Notes: generated from the sequence alone by a model not told the origin. Counted from the stretch's first letter, positions 1 to 11,180 are shown. The stretch: DNA of 64,000 nucleotides from an uncultured Planctomycetaceae bacterium (GCA_963833985.1 CAWIAD010000001.1:2816001-2880000), one strand, 5' to 3'. Numbers and translations are program-made.

Positions 1-764
1 GAGCCTGAAGCACCTGCACCGGCTCATCGCTGGCTCGGCCACCTACCGCCAGTCGTCGCACCTCTCGCCGGAGCTGTCCACCAGGGACCCCTTCAACCGG
101 CTGCTCGCCCGCGGTCCGCGGTTCCGCGTGGACGCCGAGGTGGTGCGCGACATCGGCCTGGCGGCGAGCGGGCTCCTGAACCACGAGGTGGGCGGCCCGA
201 GCGTCCATCCTCCGGCACCGGCCTTCCTCTTCCAGCCTCCGTCCAGCTATGGACCCAAAACCTGGCCCGAGGCGACCGGCCCGGAACGCTACCGCCGCGC
301 CCTCTACACGTTCCGCTTCCGCTCCGTGCCTTACCCCATGCTCCAGACCTTTGACGCCCCCAACGGCGACTTCTCGTGCGTCCGCCGTGCCCGGTCGAAC
401 ACGCCCCTCCAGGCGCTGACCTTGCTCAACGAGCCCGTGTCGCTGGAATGTGCAAGAGCCCTGGCGCTGGCCGTGCTGCAAAGCGAAGCCGCGGGTGGAA
501 ACGACGATCAGCGGCTCCGCCTCGCCTTCCGGCGCTGCCTGGCCCGCGATCCGCAGCCCGAGGAGAGCAAGGTGCTGAGGTCGCTGCTGGACCGCGAGGT
601 CCGGCGGTTCAGCTCCCGCGGACCCAACCCCTGGGAGCTGGCGGTCGACCGGCCGGAAGACGCCCTGCGCCTGCCCGCCAGCGCCACTCCCTGCGCAGCT
701 TGCCGGCTGGACCGTGGTCGCCCGCGTGCTTCTGAATCTGGACGAGACCATCACCAAGGAATAA
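1..764 (+). CDS. DUF1553 (PSD1)-domain planctomycete protein, C-terminal part (5' truncated by window; apparent frameshift near 691)
   Basis: Frame 2 reads SLKHLHRLIAGSATYRQSS...RRALYTF...FDAP...RSNTPLQALTLLN. The typical end AGWTVVARVLLNLDETITKE* lies in the next frame (TAA 762-764). Directly upstream of a DUF1501 gene. Confidence 0.85.
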
Positions 765-782
765 GCCAAGAGGCCCGGATTC

Positions 783-2237
783 ATGAACTGCCAGGACCAT
801 CTCTACCGCCCATCGAACCCGCAAAGGACGTCGCGCCGCTGGTTCCTCGAGCAATGCGGCGTCGGTCTGGGCACGATGGCGCTCGGGCACCTGCTGGGCG
901 AGGCCGGGTACGGTACAGCCAATGCCGCGCCGAGCACCCCCGCCGGGACCAATCCGCTGGCCCCCCGGTTGCCGCACCACGCGGCCAGGGCCAAGCGCGT
1001 GATCTTCCTGTTCATGGCTGGCGGTCCCAGCCACCTGGAGCTGTTCGACAACAAGCCCCAGCTTTCAAAGTTTGACGGCAAGCTGCCGCCGGCCGAGCTG
1101 CTCAAGGGCTATCGCTCGGCGTTCATCAATCCCGACGCGAAGCTGCTGGGCCCGAAGTTCAGGTTCGCCCGGCACGGCCAGGCGGGCACCGAGCTCTCGG
1201 AGCTGCTGCCCCGCCTGGCCGGTGTGGTCGACGACCTGGCCGTCGTCAAGAGCGTCTCGACCGACGCATTCAACCACGCGCCGGGGCAGATCATGATGTC
1301 GACCGGTTCCATGATCTTCGGCCGGCCGAGCATGGGAGCCTGGGTCTGCTACGGTCTGGGAAGCGAGTCGCAGGACCTGCCCGGCTTCGTGGTCTTCAGC
1401 ACGGGCAAGAAGGGGCCGAGCGGAGGCAACTCGAACTGGGGAAGCGGCTTTCTGCCCACGGTCTATCAAGGTGTTCAATTCCGCACCGGCGGCGACCCCG
1501 TGCTTTACCTGTCCAACCCGCGCGGCATCACCCCGGAGATCCAGCGCGATTCCCTGGAAGCGATTCACCAGCTTGACCAGCTCCGGCTCGAGCGGACCGG
1601 CGACCCGGAAATCGCCACGCGGATCAACTCGTACGAGATGGCCTTCCGCATGCAGATGACTGCCCCCAACGTCGTGGACCTGAGCAGCGAGCCGCAACAC
1701 ATCCTCGACCTCTACGGCGCCGAGCCCGGCAAGTCGTCGTTCGCGAACACCTGCCTGCTGGCCCGGCGCCTGCTGGAGCGCGGCGTCCGGTTCGTCGAGA
1801 TCTTCCACGAAGCCTGGGACCAGCACGGCAACCTTGTCGGCGACCTGAAGCACAACTGCGCCGATACGGACCGGGCCAGTGCCGCGCTCGTGGCGGACCT
1901 CAAGCAGCGCGGGATGCTCGACGACACGCTGGTGATCTGGGGCGGCGAGTTCGGCCGTACGCCCATGGTGCAGGGCGGTGCCGACGGCCGCGACCACCAC
2001 CCCGCCGCCTTCACGATGTGGCTGGCCGGCGGGGGTGTGAAACCGGGCATCTCCTATGGCGAAAGCGACGATCTCGGCTTCAGCGTGGCGAAGGACAAGG
2101 TCCACGTGCACGACCTGCATGCCACGCTCTTGCACCTCCTGGGCTTTGACCATACCAGGCTCACCTACCGCTTCCAGGGCCGGGACTTCCGCCTGACCGA
2201 CGTCCAGGGCCAGCTCGTCAAGGGATTACTGGCGTGA
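783..2237 (+). CDS. DUF1501 domain-containing (sulfatase-like) protein
   Basis: SRRWFL Tat-like N-terminus; AKRVIFLFMAGGPSHLELFDNKP, WDQH, GEFGRTP, GRDHHP, HVHDLHAT, FRLTDV motifs. Confidence 0.92.
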   Translation: MNCQDHLYRPSNPQRTSRRWFLEQCGVGLGTMALGHLLGEAGYGTANAAPSTPAGTNPLAPRLPHHAARAKRVIFLFMAGGPSHLELFDNKPQLSKFDGKLPPAELLKGYRSAFINPDAKLLGPKFRFARHGQAGTELSELLPRLAGVVDDLAVVKSVSTDAFNHAPGQIMMSTGSMIFGRPSMGAWVCYGLGSESQDLPGFVVFSTGKKGPSGGNSNWGSGFLPTVYQGVQFRTGGDPVLYLSNPRGITPEIQRDSLEAIHQLDQLRLERTGDPEIATRINSYEMAFRMQMTAPNVVDLSSEPQHILDLYGAEPGKSSFANTCLLARRLLERGVRFVEIFHEAWDQHGNLVGDLKHNCADTDRASAALVADLKQRGMLDDTLVIWGGEFGRTPMVQGGADGRDHHPAAFTMWLAGGGVKPGISYGESDDLGFSVAKDKVHVHDLHATLLHLLGFDHTRLTYRFQGRDFRLTDVQGQLVKGLLA

Positions 2238-2454
2238 GCGGATTTCCCCTTCCGGGTCCGCAGCGCCCGGGCGCGGCACGGGTGCTTTCCTTTCAACCGG
2301 CCGAACCTTGCGCCGCCTGTCTGCTCAGGGCCATCTCGCCCAGCTTGCGGAATGACCGGGTCCTGTCTTGAACCCCGGTTATCTCTTATAATGCGGTCAT
2401 CGCCCGACCGAGGTCCCACCTGTAGCAAGACTTGACGAGAAAACGCTCCGATTG

Positions 2455-3453
2455 ATGAAAAGAATCGCCATCCTGGGTGCCGGTGGCATGGGCACGGCGC
2501 TGGCACTCCTGTTCCTCAAGAGCGGTGCGCAGGTCCACCTCTGGTGCCGCTCCGAGGAGCATGCCCGCGAGCTCGCCCTGGGGCGCGTCAATTCCAGGCA
2601 CCTGCCGGGCATTTACATCCCCGAGGACATCCTGATCACGGCCTGCGCCGCGGAGGCCATGGCTGGTGCCAGCCTGATCGTGGCAGCCGTGCCAAGTGCG
2701 TTCCTGCGCCACGCCATGACCTCCCTGGGCGCCCAGGCCGCGCCGGGCGTGCCGTTCCTCAGCGTGGTCAAGGGCCTGGAGTACGGCACCTTCCTCAGGC
2801 CCAGCCAGATCCTCGTCGAGGTGTTCGGCACGCGGCCGGCGGCGGTGCTCAGCGGACCCAGCCACGCGGAAGAGATTGCCAGAGGGCTGCCGGCGTCCGT
2901 GGTCGTCGCCGGGTCGTCGATGCTGCTCAACGAGACCGTGCAGGAGACCCTGAGCCACGAAGCGTTTCGGGTGTACACCAACCGCGATGCGGTGGGCGTG
3001 GAGCTTGCCGGCGCGCTCAAGAATATCCTGGGGATCGCGGCGGGTATCTGTGACGGCCTGGGCTTCGGCGACAACGCCAAGGCTGCGCTTTTGACCCGCG
3101 GGCTCGTGGAGATTTGCCGGTTCGGCACGGCTCTCGGCGGTGCGCAATCCACGTTTTTCGGCCTGGCCGGAATGGGCGACCTGATTACAACCTGCTACAG
3201 CCCCTTCGGCCGGAACCGGTCGGTCGGCGAGCGGATCGGCCGCGGGGAAACCCTGGATTCGATCGTCTCCGGCATGGTCAACATCGCCGAGGGCGTGCCC
3301 ACCACCCGCAGCGTGCACGCCCTGGCAGTCCAGCGCGGCATCGAGATGCCGATCACCGCCGAGCTCAACCAGGTTCTGTTCGAGGGAAAGGATCCGCGGT
3401 CCGCCGTCTCGGACCTGATGGTCCGCTTGCCCAGGATCGAGTGGGACTCATGA
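2455..3453 (+). CDS. gpsA: NAD(P)H-dependent glycerol-3-phosphate dehydrogenase
   Basis: GAGGMG Rossmann motif, LSGPSHAEE, GVELAGALKNI, GDNAKAAL, GLAGMGDLITTC, RNRSVG. Confidence 0.95.
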   Translation: MKRIAILGAGGMGTALALLFLKSGAQVHLWCRSEEHARELALGRVNSRHLPGIYIPEDILITACAAEAMAGASLIVAAVPSAFLRHAMTSLGAQAAPGVPFLSVVKGLEYGTFLRPSQILVEVFGTRPAAVLSGPSHAEEIARGLPASVVVAGSSMLLNETVQETLSHEAFRVYTNRDAVGVELAGALKNILGIAAGICDGLGFGDNAKAALLTRGLVEICRFGTALGGAQSTFFGLAGMGDLITTCYSPFGRNRSVGERIGRGETLDSIVSGMVNIAEGVPTTRSVHALAVQRGIEMPITAELNQVLFEGKDPRSAVSDLMVRLPRIEWDS

Positions 3454-4076
3454 GCCAGCTTCCCGAGGCGTGCGCCGTCGCCTTCAAGGAATGGTCGCAA
3501 ATCTGCCAGGCCCTGGCCGAGGGCCGCCAGACGCTGATCGCCCGCAAGGGCGGCATCCGCGAAGTGCCCGGCGGGTTCAAACCCGAGCACCCGGCCTTCT
3601 GGCTGTATCCCACCTTTGTCCACCAGGCCGAGCAAGGTCTCCGTGCGGCGCGTACCGAGCAGCAGACGGCGGTTTCCACCTCGGCCCCGGCCGGCGGGCC
3701 CGCTCCGGAGGATCCCGTTTCGATCGATTCCCTCGCCCGCGTCGAGCAGCTCTGGCAGGTACAATCGGAAGCAGAGCTGGACTTGCTGGAACCGTTCCAT
3801 ATCTGGACGACCGAGACCTTGCGAAAACGCTTTCACTACCGCCAGCACGGCCTCTGGATTCTGTGCGTGCGGGTGTATCGGCAGCCCGAGTCCTGGAGGC
3901 TCGTCCCCTCAGCCGAACAGCTTGGCTGCAAGAGCTGGGTGCTGCTCGATGCCGCCCGCTCTACGAAGCTGCTTCAGCCTGCCATGGACGACCTGCATTT
4001 CGCCGAGCAACTGGCCCGCTTACACGCGGCGCTTGGCCCCGCGCTCCCTGCCGGAAACCACGGTGCGATAGCGTGA
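3450..4076 (+). CDS. DUF1802 family protein
   Basis: AFKEW...RKGGIRE...FWLYPTFVHQ...GCKSWV; ATG overlaps the gpsA stop (ATGA). Confidence 0.85.
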   Translation: MSQLPEACAVAFKEWSQICQALAEGRQTLIARKGGIREVPGGFKPEHPAFWLYPTFVHQAEQGLRAARTEQQTAVSTSAPAGGPAPEDPVSIDSLARVEQLWQVQSEAELDLLEPFHIWTTETLRKRFHYRQHGLWILCVRVYRQPESWRLVPSAEQLGCKSWVLLDAARSTKLLQPAMDDLHFAEQLARLHAALGPALPAGNHGAIA

Positions 4077-4137
4077 CGTTGCCCGCGACCCGGGACCGAT
4101 CTCCGTACGAAACACGTTGCCGACGCCGAGAACTCGC

Positions 4138-5226
4138 ATGACCCTTCGCACGCTCACCCGGGAGATCCGGGACTACCCCGCGACCGCGATCCTGTCCCTC
4201 CTCTGGCTTCTTGTCTTCGCGGGGATGCTCTCCATCCGGCTGCGCGATGACCTGCCGCCGGGCCCCTGGCAGGTCTTCGTGCTGGGCATGGGAGAGGGCC
4301 ACCGCTTCGGCGATCTGACACTTCAGGACCTCGCGCGGGGCGAGGCCTGGCGGCTCATCACATGCACCTTCGTGCATTACAGTGTGATCCACATCGCCCT
4401 GAACCTCCTTGCGTTCTACCTGCTGGGCACGCTGATCGAGTCCTGGTATGGCCCGGGGCAGCTTGTTTTCATCTACGCCGTGACCGGCGGGCTGGGCAAC
4501 CTGATCTCGGTGCTGATTCGCCACGCGACCGGGTCCAGCCCGCTGGTGCACTCCGGCGGCGGTTCGGTGGTGATCATGGGGCTGATCGGGCTCTGTGCCG
4601 TGGTGGGCTGGCGATCGGGCACGGCGACGGGAAGCGACCTGGGCTGGCAAATGTTCAAGGCATTGGGGCTCACGGGACTGCTGGGCATCGCCTTTCCGCG
4701 GTACATCGACAACTGGGGCCACGCCGGCGGGGCACTCGTTGGCTTCCCGCTGGGCTTGCTCCATCGCTGGTTTCTCCGCCAGTATTCCCGGCCGGCGGCG
4801 TGGGCCACGGGTCTGGCGGCGGCGCTGGTGATCCTCGGGTGCGGCCTTGCCCAGTGGAATTCCGATCGGCGTGAGGCCGGTCTGCGGCGCGATGGAACCC
4901 TGCGCCGGGTGCTGAACGCGCGCGAAGCCACGTACCGCAACCTGCGAGCCGCGCCCTTCTTGCTGGAGAACGAGAGCAATCACGACCGGCTGGTCGCCTG
5001 CCTGGACGCGGTCTCCCCCATCCTCGACCATGGCCAGACACGCGACGGCTTTCGCCGCCTGCGCGGGCTTGCCGTCACCTCACGGACGCGGGCACTCTCC
5101 CCCGAAGAAACGGCCGAGTTCAAGCAGCTTACCGAGGAGCTGAAGGGCCTGGTTCGCAGCCAGCTCGAGGACGGTCTCCATGAGTTCTGGAACGAACGCC
5201 GCAAGGTGAACCCGAAACGACGCTGA
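4138..5226 (+). CDS. Rhomboid family intramembrane serine protease
   Basis: GEAWRLITCTFVH..HIALN, GGS, NWGHAGG; several TM segments. Confidence 0.85.
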   Translation: MTLRTLTREIRDYPATAILSLLWLLVFAGMLSIRLRDDLPPGPWQVFVLGMGEGHRFGDLTLQDLARGEAWRLITCTFVHYSVIHIALNLLAFYLLGTLIESWYGPGQLVFIYAVTGGLGNLISVLIRHATGSSPLVHSGGGSVVIMGLIGLCAVVGWRSGTATGSDLGWQMFKALGLTGLLGIAFPRYIDNWGHAGGALVGFPLGLLHRWFLRQYSRPAAWATGLAAALVILGCGLAQWNSDRREAGLRRDGTLRRVLNAREATYRNLRAAPFLLENESNHDRLVACLDAVSPILDHGQTRDGFRRLRGLAVTSRTRALSPEETAEFKQLTEELKGLVRSQLEDGLHEFWNERRKVNPKRR

Positions 5227-5317
5227 TAGGTCGCCGAACCCTCCGCCGGTGTGAACCTGAGCTCCTCCCGCAAGGGCAGGGCCGCTGGCCGCGTGCGCAG
5301 CCGTCAGCACAGCGCGC

Positions 5318-5600
5318 GTAGCCACGTGCGCCAGGGCCCCGGGCTCCAGGGCACGCGGCCGCGTGCGTCAGCACCCCGGACTCCAGAGCGCGCGGCCAGG
5401 GCGTCAGCGCCTCCGGCTCCAGGGCGCATGGCCACTTGCGCCAGCGCGTGGTTTGCACGGGCGCAGCCTCCAACCTCGGGCGCCAGCGCGACCAGCACGT
5501 TGCCACAGCACGCGCATCCACACGGCGCTGGTCCGCTCGTCCTGGCGTTCGAGGACTGTGGCCACGTGCGCCAGAGCCCGGATGGCGGTCCTCGATGCGC
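5318..5600. repeat. Cluster of degenerate REP-like palindromes (G[T]RGCCACGTGCGCCAG... family)
   Basis: gtagccacgtgcgccag, tggccacttgcgccagcgcgtggtttgcacgggcgcagcctccaacctc and gtggccacgtgcgccag; resembles the repeats at 33.5-33.8 kb and 35.9-36.3 kb. Confidence 0.5.
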
Positions 5601-5747
5601 CCTCCGCATACCACCGGCTTCGTAGGTGGTTGCAGGTTATTCACTGAAGTTTCACAATTCGGGCCATTCTCGTTTGGTATCATCTCCTCCTTATCGCGGT
5701 GATCGAGTGTGATCTCTTTGGTTTCCGTCTCACCTGAGGACGTGCCG

Positions 5748-6935
5748 ATGTCACAGCAAGGTTCACGGGGCCCTTTCCGTGCCGGCTTCACGTTGATCGA
5801 GCTGCTGGTCGTGATTGCGATCATCGCGGTTCTGATCTCACTGCTGCTTCCCGCCGTACAGTCAGCCCGCGAGGCGGCTCGAAGGATTCAGTGCACCAAT
5901 AACCTGAAGCAGATCGGTCTGGCTTTCATGAACTATGAAAGCGCGAACCAGACTTTCTCTCCGACCACCATCCTCATCCCTTGCCCGAACGGCCCGGTCG
6001 GGTCTTTTAGCGGTCCGGCTAATGCGTTGACGGGTGGGACGAACTGCGGGGGATTCGTATCGTCCTGGAGTGCCTTCGCCCGGTCTCTACCGTTCCTTGA
6101 GCAGGGTAACTCCTATAATATGATTAACTTCAACTTCACGTACGATAGTCCTCCCAACACGACGATGACGAACACGCCGTTGTCATTCCTCTATTGCCCG
6201 AGCGACCCCGGTAATCATATCGACGACGCCAGCCTGGGCGGGACCGGTGATGCGACCACCAGTTACGGAACCTGCGACGGAGATTGGTACGTGTGGTCGG
6301 TGAACTGGACCACACCGCCTTATACCGCCGGACCGCAGAACCGCTCGCTGTTCGGCCCGAACTACGCGCGGAAGATCTCCGCCGTCACGGACGGGACAAG
6401 CAACACGCTGATGGCTTCCGAGGCCTATATCGGGCATCCCCAGATGCGGAGTTGCGGAAGTACACCGTCCGCGCCCTCCGACCCCGTCACGGGGACGTAT
6501 TCATTCATTAACGTCCCAGCGCCGGGGCCAGCTTCCGCCGCGGCGCTTCTCTACCAGATTAGCAACTGTAGCACCGCGACCGGCAAGCCCAAGGCGGGAG
6601 GCCCCATCGGCCACACGCGATGGGCGAATGGAGGCGTCTATTATTCGGGTTTCACAACGGCCATGCCTCCGAACCAGAACGTGTCGACGGTAAGCCGAGC
6701 CACGGGTTACAGCGACGCCGGCAGGAACGTGCCCATGGACTGGGACTGGGTTGATGAAAACGACGGCGGTCCGACATACATGTCTCTCTCGGCCAGCAGC
6801 TACCACCCAGGCGGCGTCAACGCCCTGTTTGCCGACGGAAGCGTCCGCTTTGAAAAGAATTCCGTGAGCCCGGTGGCCTGGCGTGGCCTGGGCACCATCG
6901 CAGGCGGGGAAGTGATCAGCGCTGACTCGTATTGA
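5748..6935 (+). CDS. DUF1559 domain protein with prepilin-type N-terminal methylation motif
   Basis: [52 protein letters not shown]-terminal [14 protein letters not shown]. Confidence 0.95.
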   Translation: MSQQGSRGPFRAGFTLIELLVVIAIIAVLISLLLPAVQSAREAARRIQCTNNLKQIGLAFMNYESANQTFSPTTILIPCPNGPVGSFSGPANALTGGTNCGGFVSSWSAFARSLPFLEQGNSYNMINFNFTYDSPPNTTMTNTPLSFLYCPSDPGNHIDDASLGGTGDATTSYGTCDGDWYVWSVNWTTPPYTAGPQNRSLFGPNYARKISAVTDGTSNTLMASEAYIGHPQMRSCGSTPSAPSDPVTGTYSFINVPAPGPASAAALLYQISNCSTATGKPKAGGPIGHTRWANGGVYYSGFTTAMPPNQNVSTVSRATGYSDAGRNVPMDWDWVDENDGGPTYMSLSASSYHPGGVNALFADGSVRFEKNSVSPVAWRGLGTIAGGEVISADSY

Positions 6936-7058
6936 TCAGACCCGGCGCCCTCCTGGCAAAACGGAAATCGACTGCGCAGCGGATCTGCGCACCGTTCGCA
7001 CGCGGTTTTCCATGCGCTGGTCGCATCATTGGATAAGAGGAAGCAAGGGGTCCAGCCC

Positions 7059-7457
7059 ATGCGAACCGGCACACTGAAGTCGCTCGCCATCGCTTTCGCA
7101 CTGCTCGCAGCCAGTTCGGGTTGCGGAACGTCCGGGGGGGCCAATACTTCGCTCATACCGGTCAAGGGTAAGGTCACTTACAAGGGGCAGCCGCTGGCAC
7201 AGGGTTCGGTCACGTTCGAGTCCGTGGACTCTGGAAAGCGGGCCACGGGAAAGCTCCAGGCCGATGGGACCTTCGTGATGTCGACCTACAAGGAAGGCGA
7301 TGGCGTCGTCGCCGGCGAATACACGGTGATCATCACCGGAGTCGACAAGAACCTGGCTCGGGATCGCGCGTTCAAGAAATACATGTTCCGCTCATATAAA
7401 GAGCTGACCGCCGAAGTGACGCCCGAGAAGACCGAGTTCACGTTCGACCTGAAATGA
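7059..7457 (+). CDS. Planctomycete lipoprotein, carboxypeptidase-regulatory-like domain (usual DUF1559 partner)
   Basis: Lipobox SSGC, PVKGKVTYKGQPL, GDGVVAGEYTV, FTFDL. Confidence 0.8.
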   Translation: MRTGTLKSLAIAFALLAASSGCGTSGGANTSLIPVKGKVTYKGQPLAQGSVTFESVDSGKRATGKLQADGTFVMSTYKEGDGVVAGEYTVIITGVDKNLARDRAFKKYMFRSYKELTAEVTPEKTEFTFDLK

Positions 7458-7491
7458 AGCTCGAACGGTTGAGCGATCGACCGCGGACGAC

Positions 7492-9450
7492 TCACGGCCC
7501 AGCGCCGGACATGCCGGTCCCCAGCCGGGCGACGCGTTGCCTGAACTGGTCCAGAAGCGGCTTCATGGTGGCGAGCCTGGCCTGGTTCGAAAGCTCGCGG
7601 GGGTCCTCTCGCTGATTGAATAACTGCTCGGCGCCGTCGCCCAGGTTGCGGATATAAACATAATCGCCGTCGGCGACCGAGATCAGTGGACCGCGATAGG
7701 CCGGCGACCGCCCGTGGTTGGCATTCCGCGGGTTGGGAACCAGAATCTCAGAGAAGGCGGTACTGGCGGCCGTCGCGGCCCGGTCGGAATCGCGCCACAG
7801 GTCGGCAAGCGAGTGCCCGGGAAACGGCGATCGGGCGCCCTGACCGACCAGATCCACAATGGTCGCCGGCAAGTCACGAAGACTCACGACCTGGGGTACA
7901 ACCCGCGCTGTTCGGCTTTCCAGAGGCCCCAGGATCAGCAGTGGGACGTCCAGCTCGGTCGCGTAAAGGCTCTCACCATGATCGAAGAGATCGTGCTCCC
8001 CCAGTCCTTCGCCATGATCCGATGCGATCACGATCAGGGTATCATCGAGTAAATCCCGCTGGTGCAATTCCTTGAACAACACGCCGAGTTGCTCGTCCAG
8101 GTACGCGAGGCAACTGTCGTAGGCGTCCCGCGCCATGGTCAGGTAAGGCTTCGGCAGTGTCAGCTTATCGAGCAGATCCCAGCCCTCGTAGAGGATGCGG
8201 ATCTCATCCCGGCTCTGGGGCCGGTGGCCGAAGCGATGCGGCACCCCGGCTGGCAGCTTGTAAGGCGCATGGGCGTCCATGTAATTCAGAAACACGAAGA
8301 ACGGGCGCGATTCCTCGGGCCGGCGCGCTAACCAGTCAAGAAACGCGCGGTTGATCAGGCTCGCGTCCTTGCGAGCGTCGGCGTAGAAACAACGGTTCAA
8401 GAACTCTGGAACAAGATCCAGAAAACCCGAATCATCGGCGTAGCTGAGTTGAAAGATCGGCTTGAGCATCTCCTTGACAAGAACGGCTGTCTGAAGGAAT
8501 GCAAGCCTCTTGAGGGAGTAGTCTTCGTAGCAGGTGAAGCCGCGAGCCAGACCGGTATCGTAGGAACAGTAGCCCGTGTTCGCGACGAATCCCGCGGTCG
8601 CGTAACCCCTCGATCCCAGGTATTCGGCCAGAAGCGGAGCACCGGTTCTCAAGGGAGTCAGCCAATGCACATCGAGCTCATGGGGCCAGCAGCCCGTGAA
8701 GAAACTGGCGTGCGAAGGGAGAGTCCACGGGGCGGCCGCGCGCGCTCGATCGAACCGAATCCCGTCCCTGGCCAGCCGCTCCAGGTTGGGAGTGGTCGGC
8801 CGCCGGTATCCATGAAGGCTCAGGTGGTCCCTCCGGACCGTATCCAGCACGACGAAGAGTACGTTCGGGGAACCAGCCGGCGGCAGAGCACGGGTCGTCT
8901 CGCGCCGCTGATTGAGCCAGTCTTCACCAAGTACAGCACCCAGCAGCAACAGGACAGTTCCCAGAAGGAAGGGAAGGGTCCGCACCAGGAGCGAGAATCG
9001 CCACCTGGCCGGTTGCGATTCGAGCCAGGGAACCAGTTGTGACGAGATCCCCAGGGCCAGCACGAACCAGGCAGCGGGGTAAATCGCCGGCACGGCCACC
9101 ATCAACATGGGCTGCATGGCCAGGGCGCACAGCAGCCGTGGGCTGAGCCGTCCGCCTGACCTGGGCCAGAGCTTCATGATCCCCGCCAGCACCAATCCCA
9201 GACCGAAAAACAGAAGCATGTTCACAAGTGGCACTAACCAGACAAAGTGCCGGCTCATCAGGTACAGCCGGTTCCTCGGGTCGATCGCCCGACAGAGGAC
9301 GCGTGCCCCCACCTCGAGCAATCCGGCGGACAGGCCCAACCAGATCGACCATCCGAGCACATCGAGCGCCCCCAGCCGGCTCGGCTCTTCCTCCGGGGGT
9401 CCCGGTCCTTGCCGAGAATTTCTCCGCTTCCAGAAGGTCGTCAAACTCAT
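7492..9450 (-). CDS. Membrane-anchored sulfatase-like hydrolase/transferase
   Basis: N-terminal TM helices; PNVLFVVLDTVRRDH, APWTLPSHAS, DAHAPY, SDHGE, HGESLY. Confidence 0.85.
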   Translation of the reverse strand: MSLTTFWKRRNSRQGPGPPEEEPSRLGALDVLGWSIWLGLSAGLLEVGARVLCRAIDPRNRLYLMSRHFVWLVPLVNMLLFFGLGLVLAGIMKLWPRSGGRLSPRLLCALAMQPMLMVAVPAIYPAAWFVLALGISSQLVPWLESQPARWRFSLLVRTLPFLLGTVLLLLGAVLGEDWLNQRRETTRALPPAGSPNVLFVVLDTVRRDHLSLHGYRRPTTPNLERLARDGIRFDRARAAAPWTLPSHASFFTGCWPHELDVHWLTPLRTGAPLLAEYLGSRGYATAGFVANTGYCSYDTGLARGFTCYEDYSLKRLAFLQTAVLVKEMLKPIFQLSYADDSGFLDLVPEFLNRCFYADARKDASLINRAFLDWLARRPEESRPFFVFLNYMDAHAPYKLPAGVPHRFGHRPQSRDEIRILYEGWDLLDKLTLPKPYLTMARDAYDSCLAYLDEQLGVLFKELHQRDLLDDTLIVIASDHGEGLGEHDLFDHGESLYATELDVPLLILGPLESRTARVVPQVVSLRDLPATIVDLVGQGARSPFPGHSLADLWRDSDRAATAASTAFSEILVPNPRNANHGRSPAYRGPLISVADGDYVYIRNLGDGAEQLFNQREDPRELSNQARLATMKPLLDQFRQRVARLGTGMSGAGP

Positions 9451-9765
9451 GATCCTGTGGCCCCTATTCCCAGGAGCGTGTTAACCGAGCTCGGCAACGT
9501 CCGAGCGAGTCAGTCAGCATTGTGCCAGTGCCCGAACCTTGCACGGAAGCGGATCAAGCAGGCTAGTCGTCGGCGGGTTTCTCGCTTGCCATGCTCCTGG
9601 GAGAACGTGAGGCCATTGCGGCACGGGCAGGACATGGGACAACCCGCGACGTGGCGCGCATCGCATGCCAGGCGCACGGGCCGTATGCCGTTCTGTATCC
9701 GCGGATCCGAGACGCAGGTTCGTCGTGCCGCGACGTTCCCGGTATGCAATTGCATACCCTTGGCT

Positions 9766-10413
9766 TCATGGCGAGCCTTCCCGGACTGGTCCGCTCGTCA
9801 GGCGGACGCCATCGCGATGGCGTGGGCGGCAGCCGCGGTGGCGCAGGGCGGCCACGAAATCCGCGAGGGTGGCGATGGGCCGGTCGAACTCGGTGAAGTA
9901 GCAGCCAAGCGTCCCGATGTCGTGCGCGTCGCTGGAGCCGGTGACCGCCATCGGATAGGCACGCAGCAAAGCCTCGGTCTTCGATCGCGTCTCGGCGGTG
10001 ACGTTGTTGCTCACCAGCTCCAGCGCATGGAACACAGGGCCGTGCTCCGCGACGATGTCGTCGAACGGCTGATCCCAGCGAAACGGGTGGGCCGCCACGA
10101 TGGCCGCCTGGTGCTCCTCCACCAGCGGGAGCAGCTCGGTCAGCGGGATTCCGGGATAAACCCCCTCCAGCGATGGCAGCCCGTAGACCAGGAAATGGCC
10201 GTCCAGGGCCGAGACCTCCACGCCCGAGAAGACGCGCAGGGGAGCGGCCCGGCCGGCCAGCTCGGCCAGTTCATCGGCCTGCCACTGGTAGTCGTGCTCG
10301 GTGATCACCACGCCGTCGAGACCGATCTGGCGGGCGTGCACGATGAGCTCGTCGGGGTCGATGTTGCTGTCGGGAGAGTGTCTGGCGGTGTGCAGGTGAT
10401 GGTCAAATCTCAT
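9766..10413 (-). CDS. PHP domain metal-dependent phosphoesterase
   Basis: DHHLHT, ITEHD, GVEVS, AHP, GSSDAH. Confidence 0.85.
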   Translation of the reverse strand: MRFDHHLHTARHSPDSNIDPDELIVHARQIGLDGVVITEHDYQWQADELAELAGRAAPLRVFSGVEVSALDGHFLVYGLPSLEGVYPGIPLTELLPLVEEHQAAIVAAHPFRWDQPFDDIVAEHGPVFHALELVSNNVTAETRSKTEALLRAYPMAVTGSSDAHDIGTLGCYFTEFDRPIATLADFVAALRHRGCRPRHRDGVRLTSGPVREGSP

Positions 10414-11180
10414 GTGGTGGGCAAGCTCGGTGCGGCAGGAGCAGCCTCCCGGGGCACAACCGCGGCAGGCGCATTCTCCTCTGGTTCGTCGGCGACCACG
10501 TGGAACGAGGCCCCCGTAGCATCGATCTTGAGATAACTCGATCGTTCCTGCCAGCCCCCCAGCACGATCATCCGCGGGTTGGAGGCCGCTTCATCCACGG
10601 CGCGGTGGACGTGGCCGAGGACCACGAGGTCGGCCCGACCACGCTGGAGTGAGGCATAGTCGCGGAAGACCTGGAGATGCCGTCCCTCGTCGGCCGCCAA
10701 GTCCGCGCGGTTCTTGCGCTCCAGCATGCCGTCGAGCAAACCGGCGAACGGGGCGGGCACGCGCTGGAATGTGAGCCAGAACTCGCGGCTCTCCATCCAC
10801 GCCTTCCACGGCCTGCGGGCGCCCAGCAAGTGGCCGTGCACGATATGCAGGCGCAGGCCCTCGATTTTGGTTTCATGGGGTTCCTGGAGGATGGCGGCTC
10901 CGAGGGCTCTTTCATAGAACGGGCAGACCCAGAGATCGTGGTTGCCGGGCATGATGGACAGTGTACCGCCGCGCTGCGTGAACTCGTGCAAGGCGGCCAG
11001 GCCGTCGCTGCGCATCCAGTCCGTTTCCTGCTGGCGGGTGACCATCCAGAAGTCGCAGAGATCGCCCGCGACCAGCAGCCGCGCGCCGTCCTCGATTTGC
11101 CGCACCCAGCGGGCAAACCGCCGGGCGCGGGCCGGGCGGTCCGGCCGCAAGTGCACATCGCTGGCAAGGTAGCAGGCCAC
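10410..11180 (-). CDS. Calcineurin-like metallophosphoesterase, UDP-2,3-diacylglucosamine hydrolase-like
   Basis: SDVHL, GDLCDFW, GNHD, HGH, GHVH, LGGW. Confidence 0.8.
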   Translation of the reverse strand: MACYLASDVHLRPDRPARARRFARWVRQIEDGARLLVAGDLCDFWMVTRQQETDWMRSDGLAALHEFTQRGGTLSIMPGNHDLWVCPFYERALGAAILQEPHETKIEGLRLHIVHGHLLGARRPWKAWMESREFWLTFQRVPAPFAGLLDGMLERKNRADLAADEGRHLQVFRDYASLQRGRADLVVLGHVHRAVDEAASNPRMIVLGGWQERSSYLKIDATGASFHVVADEPEENAPAAVVPREAAPAAPSLPTT

